A stretch of 64,000 nt of DNA, taken from assembly GCF_004010195.1 (NCBI RefSeq), contig NC_057718.1, positions 3,570,203 to 3,634,202 on the forward strand, given 5' to 3'. Shown here one piece after another: positions 23,963 through 35,049 of this stretch. Below the pieces are notes generated by a model. That model was given only the letters and a program-made list of their open reading frames with translations. It was not told the DNA's origin and ran no database searches. Source of the stretch: Chiloscyllium plagiosum (taxonomy: Eukaryota). Both the position numbers and the translations under genes were made by a program. Every line of letters begins with the position of its first letter. The first letter of the stretch is position 1.

Positions 23963-25463
23963 GTAAGTGTTTCCTTTGGAAATGTTTAACTTGTTGTAAA
24001 AGATATTTCTGTGCTGCTGCTGTCGAGTTTGTGAGAATTCTGTCGGTTTGAACATTGAGAACTGGAGGAGAGTGTCACAAGGAGAATTTGTCACTGTCTG
24101 GAGATCAGGCGAAAGTGAGGACTGCAGATGCTGGAGATTAGAGTAGAGAGTGTGGTGCTGGAACAGCATAGAGGGTCAGGCAGCATCTGAGGGGCAGGAA
24201 AATCAATGTCTCAGGCAAAAGCGCTGAAAACATCTCTTTTCCTGCTCCTTGGATGCTGCTTGACCTGCTGTGCTTTTCCAGCCCCAAACTCTCGATTGTC
24301 TGGAGATTGTTTGGTGCAGCTAACACAGAATTCCACAGGCTGGGAACACAGTCCAGAAAATGGAATGTTCCTCTCATTCTTTTCTGTCATTCATTTCCTG
24401 TGAGGATGGGATTGAGAGACAAGCTGCATATTACGGTATGTATTTGGGGTGGATTGGATTAGTCTGTGTATTCACTGGGTGTTGTTGGATGGATTTGAAA
24501 GACAATCTCCTGTTTTTGCAAACTTGGTGAATTTACAGCTTTGTGATTCAGAGTGAGTTTCATCAATGGACCCATGCTGACACTCACATCAATTCTCTAT
24601 AATCAATAATATTGAATTTGTTCCACGAAAATATCTCCAGGACTTCACAAACTGTGAACCAGGATCACACTGAATCCTGGATCTGTTCCAAAGCAGAAAC
24701 ATTTCCAAAGGTGAATGTGCTGAATGCCAGTTCATGATTTGTGTGATGGTGTTATTTGAAGGAAGGATATTGATGGTCAGGAGACGGAGAGTATCTCCCG
24801 TTCTTTTTCACTTTGTGCTCTGTGAGTTTTAAATCTTGAATTGGATGACTGAGGACTCCACACAACATCTGATGGAAACAAGGACAGAGTGCAATCTTCT
24901 CTCTGTTGCTGCTGTGTGTAGTCCCTCCTGCCAGGTGATCTGCTGCCATGGTGCCACACTCATCTCTCTTGGACCAGCCTCACCCACCCACTGTAGCTCA
25001 TCAGAAACCCTTCTGTGACATCCACCTCGTCCACCAGAATGTCAGCTTTGAGAAAATCTTTAGAAATAGCTTGGACAGTCACAGCTTCCTGTCCTATGTG
25101 TGAGAGAGAAGCAAACTGAGCCAAGCTACCCCATCACTCACTGAGAATGTAGAGTGTCCCTCTGCACTCTCACCATTTCCAAGCTGTTCAAAGGACAGAC
25201 AATGTGGAACAAACTGGGGATTACACCATCTACAGAGCAAAGAGAGGGAATGACAGCACAAAATGTGGTTGACCACATGCCTGAGATTGGGGTTGCCTTT
25301 TTTGAACACCAGCTGCAAACCGAGACCAGGAGACAGAAAAGGGGAAGTAACATTTGCTGCACAGAGTGGAATCTCATTGTTCCCATAGTCACAGGAATGA
25401 TCTAATGAGAAAGGAAGCCATTGAGCTCAATGTCTCAGCTCTGGCTCTCTCGGTACTTTAACT

Positions 25464-27175
25464 GCAGAGCATGGGTGAGATAATTAACAAATATTTCACA
25501 TCAGTATTTCCTGCAAAGAAGAATATGGAAACTAGAGAATTTGGGTAAATAACTGATGATATATTGAAAAGTGTCCAAATTACGGAAGAGGAGATGCTGG
25601 AAGACTCAAAATTCAGAATATTGGATAAATCCCTTGAATCAGATCAGCTAAACCCCAGAATTCTGTGGGAAGCAAAGGAAGTGACTGCTGGCCTTTTGCT
25701 GTGATATTTACATTAATAAGAGCCATAGCTGAGGTGCTGGATGAGTGGAGATTGGCTAATGTTGCGCAATCTTTTAAGAAAGGTGGTTAGGAAAAGCCAG
25801 GGAACCACAGACAGATGAGCCTTAAGTCAGTGGTGGGTAGGTTGTTGGAAGCGATTCTGAATGACAGGTTAAATTAGGCATTTGGAAAAGTAAGGACTGA
25901 TTAGGGATAGTCAACATGGCTTTGTGTGTCACTAATTTGACTGAATTTTTTGAAGAAATGACAAAGAAGACTGATGAATACAGAGTGCGAGACTCTGTCT
26001 ATACAGACTTCAGCAAGGTGTTCGACAATTTTTCCCAGTGTAGGCTGGTTAGCAAGGTTACGTCATTTGGAATCTAAGGAGATATAGCCTATTGGATACA
26101 AATTTGGCTGAATGGCAGGAGATAGAGGGTGGTAGGGGAGGTTATTCTTTAGATTGGAGGCCTGTGCCCAGCAGTGTGCCACAAGAATCAGTGTTGGGTC
26201 CACTGCTTTTTGTTATCTATATGAAAGATTTGGATGTGAATAGAGGGAGTATGGTTGGTAAGTTTGCAGATGACACCAAAATTGAAGCTGTGCTGGACTG
26301 TAAAGAAGGTAATCTCAGAGTAGTACAGGACCTTGACCAAATGGGCCAATGGGCCGAGGAGAGGCAGATGGAGTTTAATTTAGATAAATATGAGCTTTTG
26401 CATTTTGCTGAGGCAAGTCAGGGTAGGACTCATACTGTTAATAGTTGGGCCTTGGGAAGTGTTGTCAGGCAAAGGGACCTTAGGTGAAGGTGACAGTCTC
26501 TTGAAAGTGGAATGGCAAGTAGATAGGATAGTGAAAAAGGCAGATGGTATGTTTGTCTTTATTGGTCATTGCATTGAGTATAGGAATTGGGATGTCATGT
26601 TGCAGTTACACAGGATACTGGTTTGGCCACTTTCAGAATATTATTTTCAGTTCTGATCTCCATGTCAAAGGAAGAATGTTGTGAAACTTGAAAGGGTTCC
26701 GAAAAGATTGACAAGGATGTTGCCAGGGTTGGAGTATTTCAGATATTGGGAGAGACTGAATAGGCTGGGGTTATTTTCCCTGGAACATTGAAGGCTGAGG
26801 GATGTCCTTATAGAATTTTCTGAAATCATGAGGGGAATCGATAGGGTGAATATCCACAGGTCTTTGTCCAGGGTAGGGGTGTCCAAACTTGGAGATAATA
26901 GGTTTAAGGTGAGAGGGGAAAGATTTAAAAGGATATAACCGGCAACTTGTCCACATGGATGATGGTGCGTGTTTGGAATGAGCTGCCAGAAGAAGTGGTG
27001 GAGACTCATATATTTAAAAGGCATCTGAATGGGTATATGGATGCGAAGAGTTTAGAGGGATATGGCCAAATGCTGGCAAATAGACCTAGATTAATTTAGG
27101 GTATCTGTTTGGAATGGGCGAGTTGGACCAATGGCCCTGTTCTGAGTGATGTATCTTAATGATTCAATGACTCCA
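25464..27175 (+). mobile_element. 5'-truncated CR1 LINE (RT), decayed
   Basis: ORF 26092-26487 (VPQESVLGP..KFADDTK). Flanked by taact repeats and interrupts sequence that is contiguous in the gene A mirror (~18930-19060). Confidence 0.88.
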
Positions 27176-28599
27176 TAACTTAGTGTCAATAACTTGCCTT
27201 TTCTTCTTCATCCTGTACATTGTTTCTGTGTAAATAATCATCCAGTGCCCTGTTAAATGCCTCAATTGGACCTTAATGCCATTTGACCAGAAGATGGAAG
27301 ATCAGAATCAGACCATTCTGCCCATTGAGTCTGCTCATGGCTGCTCTGATAATCCCCAATTTGACTTTCCTGTCTTTTCCCTCTATCTCTAGATTTACTT
27401 TCTGTTTAAATATCTGTCTTTCTCAACTTCATCATACTGAATGGTGCAACCTCAGTTGTCCTGTGTGATAGAGTTCCCTTTTCAGTGAGGAAACCCCTTC
27501 TCCTCCCTGCCTTAAGTATACATCCCCTGATTCTGAGATTCTGTCCTCTGTTTCCAGACTCTTGAACAGTGGAAATATTTTTTTCACATCTACCCTGTCA
27601 AATTCTCTTGGAATCTTTTTCTGTTTCAGTACTGATGCCTCACTTTTTTTGATATTCTGGTGAGAACAAGTTCAATCAATGTTACCTCTCCTCATAAAAC
27701 AGTGCCTCCAAACCGGCTACCAGCCCAGTGACCCTTCTCTAGACAGCCTCCAACACCAGGACACCTTTTCCTCAGATAAGGAACAAGAACTGTTTCACAG
27801 GATTCCAGTTGTGGTCTGACTAGTGGTTTGTACAGTTTTGGTAAAATCTTCCTGATTTTATTCTCTATTTCCTTTGAATTGAAGTATAATCCTCATTTGC
27901 TTTCCCTGTGACCAACAGAACTTGGATGTTAGCTTTTCTCATGATTTATGGATGAGGGCTCCCAAAACCCTCTGTTCTGCAGCTTTCTGTCATCTTTCCT
28001 ATTTCAATAATATACAGTTCCCCTGTTCTTCCAGACAAAGTGTATGGACTCACATTTCTTTACATTATACTCCATCTGCCAAGTTTTTGCCTCCTCACTT
28101 CCTGTGTCAATATCCCTGGGCAAACTTTTTGTCATTACTTACCTTCCTACATATTGTTGTGTTATCCACAAACTTGGAGACAGTACATTCACATTCCTTA
28201 TCCTCTTTTACTAAAGGCAAAATACTGAGATGATGGAAACCTAAAGCAAACACAGAGAATGCTAGAAGAACTCAGCAGGACTGGCAGTATCTGTAGAGAG
28301 AGAAACAGAGTGAATATTTTATGCTTAGTCTAATTTTTCTGAACAACTCTATGTTAGCCTGCAATTGGGCCATTACTTCAGTTAACTTGTTCTGAATACT
28401 CTATGCATTCAAGTAAAGAGTCATTAACATTGTTTCCCCTGGTAGCCCTATTCACTGCTGTTTTTCTGTGTTTGTATTCTCTCTGTTCCTTTCCCATTCT
28501 AGATATTGTTATCCAAATAGCTGCCCTGTAATGCTGCTGTCTCCTCTTGCTTTGTCAGCATCTAAACCCTTTCTCCTAAACCTTCCCTCCGATTAATTA

Positions 28600-29250
28600 G
28601 TTTCAAACCCTCTCTAAGCCCTAGTTACTCAATTCATCAGGATACCAGTCCCAGCATGGTTCAAGTGAAGCCAGTCCCTGAAGAGCACTTCCCTTTTACC
28701 CCAGTACTGATGTCAATGCCCCACTAATCGAAACCCTTTCCACCCAGGCAAAACTCTGAGCCATGTACTGAAGTGCTTGACTGTATTTGCCCAGTGCCAG
28801 TTTGCCTGTGGCTCAGGCAGTAATCCAGAGATTCTTACCTCGGAGATTCTGTGTTATAATTTAGTTCTGAACTGTTCAAAGTCTTTCTTTCTTGTGCTCC
28901 CAGTGTCATTTGTCCCAATGTGGACAATGATGATGAATACTTCTTCTCCCTCTCCAAGTTTTTTCTCCTGCCCTGAGGAGATATCCTTTCTCCTGGCTCT
29001 GGGAAGACAGCACATCCTCAGGAATCACACTCATGTCTGTAGGGAGCAGGATCTACGCTCCCTCATTATACTGTCCCCTCCCACAGTAACATTGCTATTT
29101 CCTCTCCCCACATGAATCACACCCTGTCCCAAGGTATCATGGTCAGTTTGCTCATTCTCCCTGCAGACTGCACTCTTGCCCACACAGCTTGCAGGAACCT
29201 GATAACTGCCAGATAATTGCAGCGGCTCAGGCTTATTGTGGTGTCATGGA
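28600..29250 (-). mobile_element. Decayed CR1 ORF1 (SGNH esterase-type) fragment
   Basis: HIGTND block on the minus strand near 28905-28922; similar to 40625-41365. Confidence 0.55.
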
Positions 29251-29279
29251 ACAGCCGGGTTGTACTTTGTGTCAATCCA

Positions 29280-29510
29280 GTTCACCCATCTGCCCCACCC
29301 TACTCCCATCATCACTCACCCAGCAGCCCAACACCACCCCCAACATCACTCACCCATCATCCCCACCCCACTCCCATCTTTATTCACCCATCACCCCCAC
29401 CCCCATCATCACACCCATCATCCTCACCCCCATCATCATTCATCCATAAACCCTCACCCCCATCATCACACCCATTATCCCAACCTCCATTATCACCCAT
29501 CCAGCATCCG
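29280..29510. repeat. Low-complexity (cacccat/catcac)-like repeat
   Basis: Visible degenerate tandem units; source of the spurious Pro/His-rich ORFs. Confidence 0.85.
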
Positions 29511-29541
29511 CCCTTGGAGATCTGTCTACTGATTGAATGGA

Positions 29542-30587
29542 GGAGAAAGTGAGGTCTGCAGATGCTGGAGATCAGAGCTGAAAATGTGTTGCTGGAAAAG
29601 CGCAGCAGGTCAGGCAGCATCCAGGGAACAGGAGAATCGACGTTTCGGGCATAAGCCCTTCTTCAGGAATGAGGAAGGTTTGTCCAGCAGGCTAAGATAA
29701 AAGGTAGGGAGGAGGGACTTGGGGGAGGGGCGTCGGAAATGTGATAGGTGGAAAGAGGTCAAGGTGAGGGTGATAGGTCAGACTGGGGTGGGGGCGGAGA
29801 GGTCGGGAAGAAGATTGCAGGTTAGGAAGGCGGTGCTGAGTTCGATGGATTTGACTGAGACAAGGTGGGGGGATGGGAAATGAGGAAACTGGTGAAATCT
29901 GAGTTCATCCCTTGTGGTTGGAGGGTTCCTAGCCGGAAGATGCGGCGCTCTTCCTCCAACCGTCGTTTTGTTGTGGTCTGGCGATGGAGGAGTCCAAAGA
30001 CCTGCATATCCTTGGTGGAGTGGGAGGGGGAATTGAAATGTTAAGCCACAGGGTGGTTGGGTTGGTTGGTCCGGGTGTCCCAGAGGTGTTCTCTGAACAC
30101 CAACCCAACCACCCTGTGGCTCAACATTTCAATTCCCCCTCCCACTCCACCAAGGATATGCAGGTCTTTGGACTCCTCCATCGCCAGACCACAACAAAAT
30201 GACAGTTGGAGGAAGAGCGCCTCATCTTCCACCTAGGAACGCTCCAACCACAAGGGATGAACTCGGATTTCACCAGTTTCCTCATTTCCCCTCCCCCCAC
30301 CTTGTCTCAGTCTAATCCATCGAATTCAGTACCGCCTTCCTAACCTGCAATCTTCTTCCCGACCTCTCCGCCCCCACCCCAGTCTGACCTATCACCCTCA
30401 CCTTGACCTCTTTCCACCTATCACATTTCCGACGCCCCTCCCCCAAGTCCCTCCTCCCTACCTTTTATCTTAGCCTGCTGGGCAAACTGTACTCATTCCT
30501 GAAGAAGGGCTTATGCCCAAAATGTCGATTCTCCTGTTCCCTGGATGCTGCCTGACCTGCTGCGCTTTTCCAGCAACACATTTTCAG
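29542..30587. mobile_element. Penelope-like element 3' end as an inverted pair (fold-back), with GIY-YIG endonuclease C-terminus
   Basis: 29542-30097 (minus) mirrors 30098-30587 (plus). FREHL..HPVAQHFNSPSHS..RRLEEERRIFRLGTLQPQGMN; 16-bp TSD ctactgattgaatgga (29526-29541 and 30588-30603). Confidence 0.88.
29639..29666 (-). ncRNA. Minimal hammerhead ribozyme core, intact
   Basis: CUGAAGA-aGGGCuuauGCCC-GAAACGUC: ACGU palindrome as helix III, GUC cleavage triplet. Confidence 0.7.
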
Positions 30588-30955
30588 CTACTGATTGAAT
30601 GGATCCCTCTTGATCCTTCTGATTTACTAACTCTCTATCATTATTCTTTGTGATCAATTGGTTGTGGCTCATGGACGTGAACCAATGCTTCCCATCAGCA
30701 CATCTGCAGGGCCAAAATGGTGACTTTGTGGCATTAGGAGGTGTAGGTGGAGTAAAGATTGTCTCCGGTGCTTCTGGCTTTGCAGAATACACTTAAAATA
30801 CTCTTGTTGGACCTTCATTGTTCTGATCACTGCTTTCTGGAACTGACTCTCTCAACCTCTGCATCTCTCAAACTCACTTTACCTCTTTAAGAGCCTCCTT
30901 AAAAACTAATTAATGATCAATCATTGATTTTAGTGACAGTTTGAAGACAGGGGGT

Positions 30956-31592
30956 GGCACAATGGCTCAGTGGTTAGCACTGCTGCCTTATAGCACCAGG
31001 GACCCGGGTTCATTTCCAGCCTTGGGTGACTGTCTGTGTGGAGTGTACATGTTCTCCCCTGTTTGCGTGGATTTCCTCCAGATGTTCCGGTTTCCTCCCA
31101 CAGTCCAAAGATGTGCAGGCCAGGTGAATTGGCCATGGCAAATTGCCCATAGTGTTTGGTCATTAGTCAGAGGGAAATGGGTCTCAGTGGGTTTCTCTTC
31201 AGAGGGTCGGTGTGGACTCATTGGGCCGAGGGGCCTGTTTCAACACTGTAGAATATCTAAAAAAGGGTGGCATGGTGACTCAGTGGTTAGTGCTACAGTC
31301 TCACAGCGCCAGGGACCCAGGTTCAATTCCCGCCTTGGGTGACCATCTGTGTGGAGTTTGCACATTCTCCCCGTGTCTGCGTGAGTTTCCTCTGGGTGTT
31401 CCGGTTTCCTCCCACAATCCAAAGATGTGCGGGTCGGGTGAATTGGCTATGCTAAACTGCCCACAGTGTTAGGTGCATCAGTAAATGTGGGGTCAGGGAA
31501 TGGTCCTTGGTGGGTTAATCTTCGGAGGGTCAGTGTGGACTTGTTGGGCTGAAGGGCCTTTTTCCATACTGTAGGCAATCTAATCTAATCTA
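30956..31592 (+). mobile_element. Two tandem HE1/V-SINE-like elements (30956-31258 and 31269-31592)
   Basis: Two tRNA-like heads (ggcacaatggctcagtggttagc; ggcatggtgactcagtggttag) and a (tctaa)n tail. Confidence 0.88.
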
Positions 31593-33111
31593 ACAGCCAA
31601 AGAATTGCTGGAACAAAAGCAGGAAATGATGGGGTTCTGATGAAAAGTCACCAGATTTGAAATGTTAACTCTGTTTTCTTCCCACAGATGCTGCTAGACC
31701 TGTAGAGTTTCTCCAGCAATTTCTGGTTGTGTTTCAGATCTCCAGTAAACACAGTTATTTACTTTATCAAAGAATCACTGGGGTGGGTTAGAGTCCAAAC
31801 GATGAATTTTTCTCATGGAGATTAGGGGCATGGATGAGACAATAGATGTTCCCATTGTACAGTCACCTTTCTGTGAAATGCTGCCCTTCCTTTTGCTTTC
31901 TTCCCTCCTGCTTCTGAGCTCCAGATTTCTGAATCTATTTGTGGGAACTGCTGCCTCATCCATTTCCTGTTAGTTTGGGTCTGTCTGCTCCGTCACATTT
32001 CAGCTCAGCTTCTAATTTCACAATTTCGTCTTCCACGACAGGAAACAATTCCTCTGTTCCTGTTCTCACTCTCACTGTTTGAATCCTGAGGCTGTCTTTT
32101 ATTTTGCCTTGTGTTTCTTCACAGTCATTGGATGGTTATGACAGGGCAACAACAGAGTGAGTCGAGGGTTTCATTTCCCTTTTCACTCAACCCTGTCCCC
32201 ACTAGCTCTAGCTGTCTGTACAAGGGTTAACTGATGTTTACGTTTCATCTTCTGTACTGGATAAGATTGTCTTGTTTATGAGAACTGTTTTTCATTACCA
32301 GGTGGATATTCCTGTGAGACAGTTAGAACGTGAAAGAGTTAACTCATATCACACCATAAGATCCACCATCAGGACAGAAAGGACAGTTCCTGTGAGGAGC
32401 TAACCAGTTCTAAGTTCTCAGTTCACTGTGATGGTCTTTGTTGTGAAAAAGTAACTTGTCCTTTTAAGTCCTGCCTGAGGTCTCCCAGAGACTCTCACGT
32501 CACTCAGGTGGAATGTAACTCACTATTCAGTATTATGTCATAAACCAACTCTGTTTATCAAGACTGAGCCACTCTTCTGCCAAAGAGTTCATGTGGGTAT
32601 ACTTCCCCACTTGGTCTCAGTAACTAAGAGGAATAGCAAGAAGAATGATTGGAGACACTAAATCTACACACAACATCCCTGTTTTAACTCTGTCTTCTTC
32701 TGAAATATTGGGGTTCCATTTGCTACCCTCTAATCTGTAGAAAATGTTCCAGAGAATGTAGAGTCTTGGAAGATGACCATCAATGCATCTATTATTTCCA
32801 GGGCCTCTTCTTTAAGTGCTCTGAGATGTAGATTATTAAACCCTGGGGACTTATCATCAATTTCACCAATACCACATCTCGACTAATTTTGATTTCTTTC
32901 ATTTCCTTGCTCTCACGAAACCCTGTGTTTCCCAATGTTTCTGGAGTGTCCTTTGTGTCCACCTTTGTGAACACAGAACCAAAATCCCCTGTTTCTAGCT
33001 GTAAGGGACTGACATTTATCTTTACTAATTTTTTTCTCGCAGTCAGAAGTCACATGATACCAGGATATATTCCAACAGGTTTATTAGAGATCACAAGTTG
33101 TTGGTCTTCAA

Positions 33112-33140
33112 CTGATGAAGGAGCAGCGCTCTGAAAGCTT
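33112..33140 (+). ncRNA. Hammerhead-like core (Penelope-associated), probably inactive
   Basis: CUGAUGA-aGGAGCagcGCUCU-GAAAGCUU. Confidence 0.45.
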
Positions 33141-33979
33141 GTTATTTTAAATAAACCAGTTGTGATGTTGTCCACCCCGGTCTAACACCAGCTCCTTCAC
33201 AATCTTTTTCTATTCACATCCTGACAGAGACCTTTCCAGTCAGTTTGTATGTTCCCCTCAAGGTTATTTTCATACATGATTTTTTCTTCCTGACACAATC
33301 ATTAATCAATCACTCCTTGGTTCTGTTGTCTTTTAGTGGAATTTATTTGCCTCTTCCTTGGATCTAATACTATCTCTAATTTTCCACGTTAGCCCCCTTA
33401 CCCATTTTACTTTTGTTTCAGGCAGCAGTAGCTGTGGTAAAGATCCTGTATCCAGGGAATGGAGGGAGAGGTTCCCCATTTTCCCCCAGTCTGACCTCCA
33501 GGACCCTTAGCTATGGCGAGGCCTCAGTTTGCTGAGGCTGGAGAGGCTGTATCTCTGTCGATCGTTGGGGAAATCCAGCCCCTTTAAATGCTGCTTGGCT
33601 GCCTTTTCTAATGCAGCAGACCATTCCCAGTTGCAATCCTTACATCTGCTGTGGATTGTCAGGAAGCCTCTCTCACTATGAATAGTCCAGGGAAAAGGAT
33701 TGCACTGTGTGGCAAGTTAGCTTGTGTCAGACAGCGGTTCAACAGTGTGAATTCAACATGTCACTGTTATAGCAACATCTGTATTACTGTTGTCAGCATC
33801 CAGTGACTGATAGCCAGGATATCAATCAGGATTAAACCATCACAACTAGTTCAGTCTGACAACCTGTTCCCTCTCTTTAATATAGGACTGAGACTGCTGA
33901 GAGAGTCCCTTTAATTCCATATGGGAGTTTAGAAAAATCACATTCCTGTTTGTTTATTGATTTTTTTTTTGTTTTGAAG

Positions 33980-34324
33980 GTGCAAATGCCCCAGACCTTC
34001 TCCAGTCTCCGATCCTGCAACGTGTCATCGAGGGTCACACTGCCCGGTTACTGTGCACCATGAGGAACGCCGCAGTGACAGACACCGATGTTTACTGGTA
34101 CCGGGAACAACCAGGAAGAATGACAGTGTGGATCTTGAGACATTACACATCGAATTATATACAACTGTACTCAGGATTCACTGAGCGATTCCAGCCTTCC
34201 AGAGACCTCTCCAGTAACAGCTTCATTCTGACCATCACAAACGTCCAGCCCAGTGACACTGGGGTCTATTACTGCTCAGTCTGGGGATGGATCTATGGGA
34301 GAGGAAGCCAGCTCATTGTAGACA
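33980..34324 (+). CDS. Intact germline-joined VJ IgSF exon B1
   Basis: Polypyrimidine tract and gaag|, 345 nt: (G)ANAPDLLQSPILQRVIEGHTARLLCTMRNAAVTDTDVYWYREQPGRMTVWILRHYTSNYIQLYSGFTERFQPSRDLSSNSFILTITNVQPSDTGVYYCSVWGWIYGRGSQLIVD A|gtaagt. Cys, Trp, DTGVYYC and YGxG are all in one exon. Confidence 0.93.
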
Positions 34325-35049
34325 GTAAGTAGAGTTTACATGACAATCAGCTCCAACAATAACCTCTTGCCCAATGAATGAATTGGAGATCAGTTTGTGA
34401 TCAAGAAGATTGAGGAGGTGATGGAGAGTGATCTCGGGGATGGATTCACTGTGGGGAGGAAGCTGAGCTCAGATTCAATGTTGGTTGGGCGAGTGAAAAG
34501 AGGATTTATTTATGATAATGGGCAGATGATTTTATGGGAAACGTGGAGCTTTATACTGCAGAATGAGTGATATTAATTTCATTTGACTCACAAGAATGTC
34601 ATTGTTATTGTGCTGGATGAACAGAGTCAGGGAGATTGCTCTATGAGGTGCCACATCTGCAGGGGAATCTCCCAGGGATTGGGAATGAATCATAGAGCAC
34701 AAAGGGGCACACACATCTCTCTCCATTTCAGAGACAATTGGCTCGATTCAGGTTAAAGGAAACCGCATTGAGCACAATTCAAGGGACGAGGGAACTCACT
34801 CTCCATGAGCTCCCACAGCTGACACTGGGACTGAGGCTGAGATGTTGTCATACTTCTACATTATATTCCTGCCATCTGATCCACCTGACTAGGGAAGAGT
34901 GATCATAATATTCTGGGAGTTTCGAACATATTTACCTGGAGCTTTGTGTTGAATGTTGCTGAGAGCTTGACTTCAGACCCCATGCTGGCTCAGGTAGTTC
35001 CTGGGGGTTTCTCTTCTCCTTGCCCCATTGTGGCTGAGGGAGAAGCCAA

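Noticed and set aside
24940-25200. V-like scraps (SLGPASPTHCSSSETLL, GQSQ, CTLTISKL)
   Set aside because: Multiple stops, no Trp, YYC or RSS; could be a very old V relic but is not supportable by eye
29189-29620. Pro/His/Thr-rich ORFs
   Set aside because: Translation of low-complexity repeat in several frames
34447-34453. Perfect heptamer CACTGTG as a functional RSS
   Set aside because: No nonamer at 12 or 23 nt in any of the three copies; kept only as part of the conserved-block finding
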